A stretch of DNA of 32,000 nt from Synechococcus sp. A15-28 (GTDB lineage Bacteria; Cyanobacteriota; Cyanobacteriia; PCC-6307; Cyanobiaceae). The notes under the pieces are model-generated. The model was not told the origin of the DNA. It saw only the letters and a program-made list of their open reading frames with translations, and ran no database searches. The translations under genes were made by a program, and so were the position numbers. Of the stretch, positions 30,386 through 32,000 are shown in pieces (the stretch's first letter is position 1; each line of letters opens with the position of its first letter). The stretch lies in the NCBI RefSeq assembly GCF_014280175.1, contig NZ_CP047931.1, positions 1,620,001-1,652,000 of the forward strand. Reading direction: 5' to 3'.

Positions 30386-31373
30386 GACAAGGCTCCAGAG
30401 AGGAGTCGTCGAGGACGACGGAACAGGGGACGACAGCAACAGACGCTGGACGGCGCACCAAAAGCGCCGCCAAAAGACCCACCAGCAGCGCTGCCACCAG
30501 CTGATGGGCCACCGTGACCAGGGGTTGATCCAGCCCAAGCCGGAGGGTGGTGATGCCGAGGATGACCTGGGTGGCCACCAGCGCCACTGCAGACAGGAGC
30601 AGCGGCCACTGACGGCGACTCCACCCACCCGCCAGCAAGGCCACCAGGACAAACAACAGCACCAAACCGGCGACAGGGGCTGCCGCGGAGCGATGCCAGG
30701 CCAGCCACCGGCAAGCCTCACCACCGGCCAGGCAGCGCTGGGCTGCCCAGGACGTGGCCATGCGTGCCCCCAGCAGGCACTGGCTCACCACACCGGCAAG
30801 GGCAAGGGCGGAGAGGGGACGCCACCACCAGGGAGGCTGACCATCCGTGGACTGCAGCAGACACTGCGTCAATCCGCTGAGCAGAGCCACAAGCGTGAGC
30901 GCCAAGGCCAGATGAGCCGTGACCACCGCCGATGGCAGCAACTGCAACACCGTGAGAGCACCGAGGCCACCCTGCAGAGCAACCAGCAACACCAGCGAGC
31001 CACTCATCCAGGGGAGCCATCGAGGCAGGGAACGCCTCCAAAGAACGGAGACGGTGGCCATCACCACCAGGGCGATGCCGATGACGAAGGCATCAAGGCG
31101 ATGGAACCACTCCAGGAACACCTGGATGTTCATCTGACGACCGGGAAGGAGCGTTCCGAAGCAAAGGGGCCAGTCCGGACAGGCCAGACCCGCCTCCATG
31201 ACGCGGGTTGCCCCTCCGATCACCACGAGGGCAACTACAGCAACAACAAGATGAGCCGTGAGACGCCCCAGACGGCGTCGCAGTGGAGTCGTGGAGGAAA
31301 GCATCATCAACCTCTCGTCTCCAGGATTCGAAAAGGTCTGATCGAAACGTAGCGATGGCTGTATGGACGTCAC
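30378..31373 (-). CDS. ctaA: Haem A synthase (COX15/CtaA family)
   Basis: [62 protein letters not shown]. Start may be internal (31307 region). Confidence 0.93.
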   Translation of the reverse strand: MTSIQPSLRFDQTFSNPGDERLMMLSSTTPLRRRLGRLTAHLVVAVVALVVIGGATRVMEAGLACPDWPLCFGTLLPGRQMNIQVFLEWFHRLDAFVIGIALVVMATVSVLWRRSLPRWLPWMSGSLVLLVALQGGLGALTVLQLLPSAVVTAHLALALTLVALLSGLTQCLLQSTDGQPPWWWRPLSALALAGVVSQCLLGARMATSWAAQRCLAGGEACRWLAWHRSAAAPVAGLVLLFVLVALLAGGWSRRQWPLLLSAVALVATQVILGITTLRLGLDQPLVTVAHQLVAALLVGLLAALLVRRPASVAVVPCSVVLDDSSLEPCHG

Positions 31374-31505
31374 CTTGTGTGGAGGTCTGCAACACCTTCG
31401 CCCTCTCCAAGGTGCACCTTTGCTGACACAACCAGCCCCTTAAGAAACAATCCATGGAGATGCCGAACAAGCTCCATACGCTGAGATCAGTCTGGGATTG
31501 GAGCC

Positions 31506-32000
31506 ATGCAGATCCCATCAGCCATCGTCACTCTGGTGATCGGGATGCTCCTCGCCATTGGGGGGCTTTGGATCGGTCAGAACATCAATCTCCTACCGGT
31601 TGATGCGAGCGTCAACGCACCGATTTACGACGAACTTTTTCGGGTTCTGTTCACAATCGGAACGATTCTGTTTGTGGGCATCGTCGGACTTCTGATCTAC
31701 AGCTTGATCCGATTCCGTCGCCGAAGCGATCAACTCGGTGATGGAATCGCCATCGAAGGCAATCTTCCTTTGGAGATTTTCTGGACTGCCGTCCCGGCTG
31801 TTGTTGTGCTGTTCGTTGGCCTCTACAGCTACGACATCTACGATCGCATGGGCGGAATGGTGCCGCTGGCTCACGACCACATGGCTGGGACCAGTGAAGA
31901 GCGCATCTGGGGCGGAATCAGCTCTGGCTCAACACTGTCTGACAACACCGCAGCCAGCGCACTGCCGATTGATGTGACGGCCATGCAATTTGCCTTTCTC
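31506..32000 (+). CDS. ctaC: Cytochrome c oxidase subunit II, N-terminal part, runs off the window edge
   Basis: DELFRVLFTIGTILFVGIVGLLIYSLIRFRRRSDQLGDGIAIEGNLPLEIFWTAVPAVVVLFVGLYSYDIY...IDVTAMQFAF. Confidence 0.93.
   Translation, partial: MQIPSAIVTLVIGMLLAIGGLWIGQNINLLPVDASVNAPIYDELFRVLFTIGTILFVGIVGLLIYSLIRFRRRSDQLGDGIAIEGNLPLEIFWTAVPAVVVLFVGLYSYDIYDRMGGMVPLAHDHMAGTSEERIWGGISSGSTLSDNTAASALPIDVTAMQFAFL

Noticed and set aside
28346-31352. Chain of long plus-strand ORFs (297, 390 and 332 aa) opposite the ABC ATPase, ctaB and ctaA
   Set aside because: Gln/His/Arg-rich shadow translations of clearly coding minus-strand genes, not a novel operon.

Overview
This 32 kb window looks like ordinary, densely packed core chromosome of a marine picocyanobacterium (Synechococcus-like; inferred from gene content, not from a database search). 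I see no CRISPR array, transposase, integrase, phage module or recognisable defence island. Content in order: map (partial, -), PepSY-type membrane protein, rplS, tRNA-Trp, a 62-aa protein matching the picocyanobacterial hyper-conserved Tudor-like protein (PSHCP), tRNA-Asp, gltX, a minus-strand cluster (wecB, DUF1643-like, 81-aa hypothetical, Na+/H+ antiporter), a pilT-like ATPase gene broken by two in-frame TAA codons, an Hli protein, tsaD, psaF-psaJ, gmk, an rqcH/FbpA-like gene, tatC, DUF3067-like, petC-petA, lgt, cobM, tRNA-Val(CAC), RodZ-like, ppx/gppA, ubiA-type prenyltransferase, LD-carboxypeptidase, ispD, GT9, a 2TM K+ channel with RCK domain, fabG, a 58-aa small protein, groL (no adjacent groES), nanE-like, a 131-aa hypothetical, an ABC exporter pair, ctaB, ctaA and the start of ctaC. 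The observations most worth a second look are the minimally damaged pilT gene, the PSHCP gene in a translation-gene cluster, the perfect hairpin between rplS and trnW, the wecB/DUF1643 overlap, the orphan NanE-like epimerase, and the ABC exporter and small ORF downstream of ctaA-ctaB. No convincing new multi-gene system was found.
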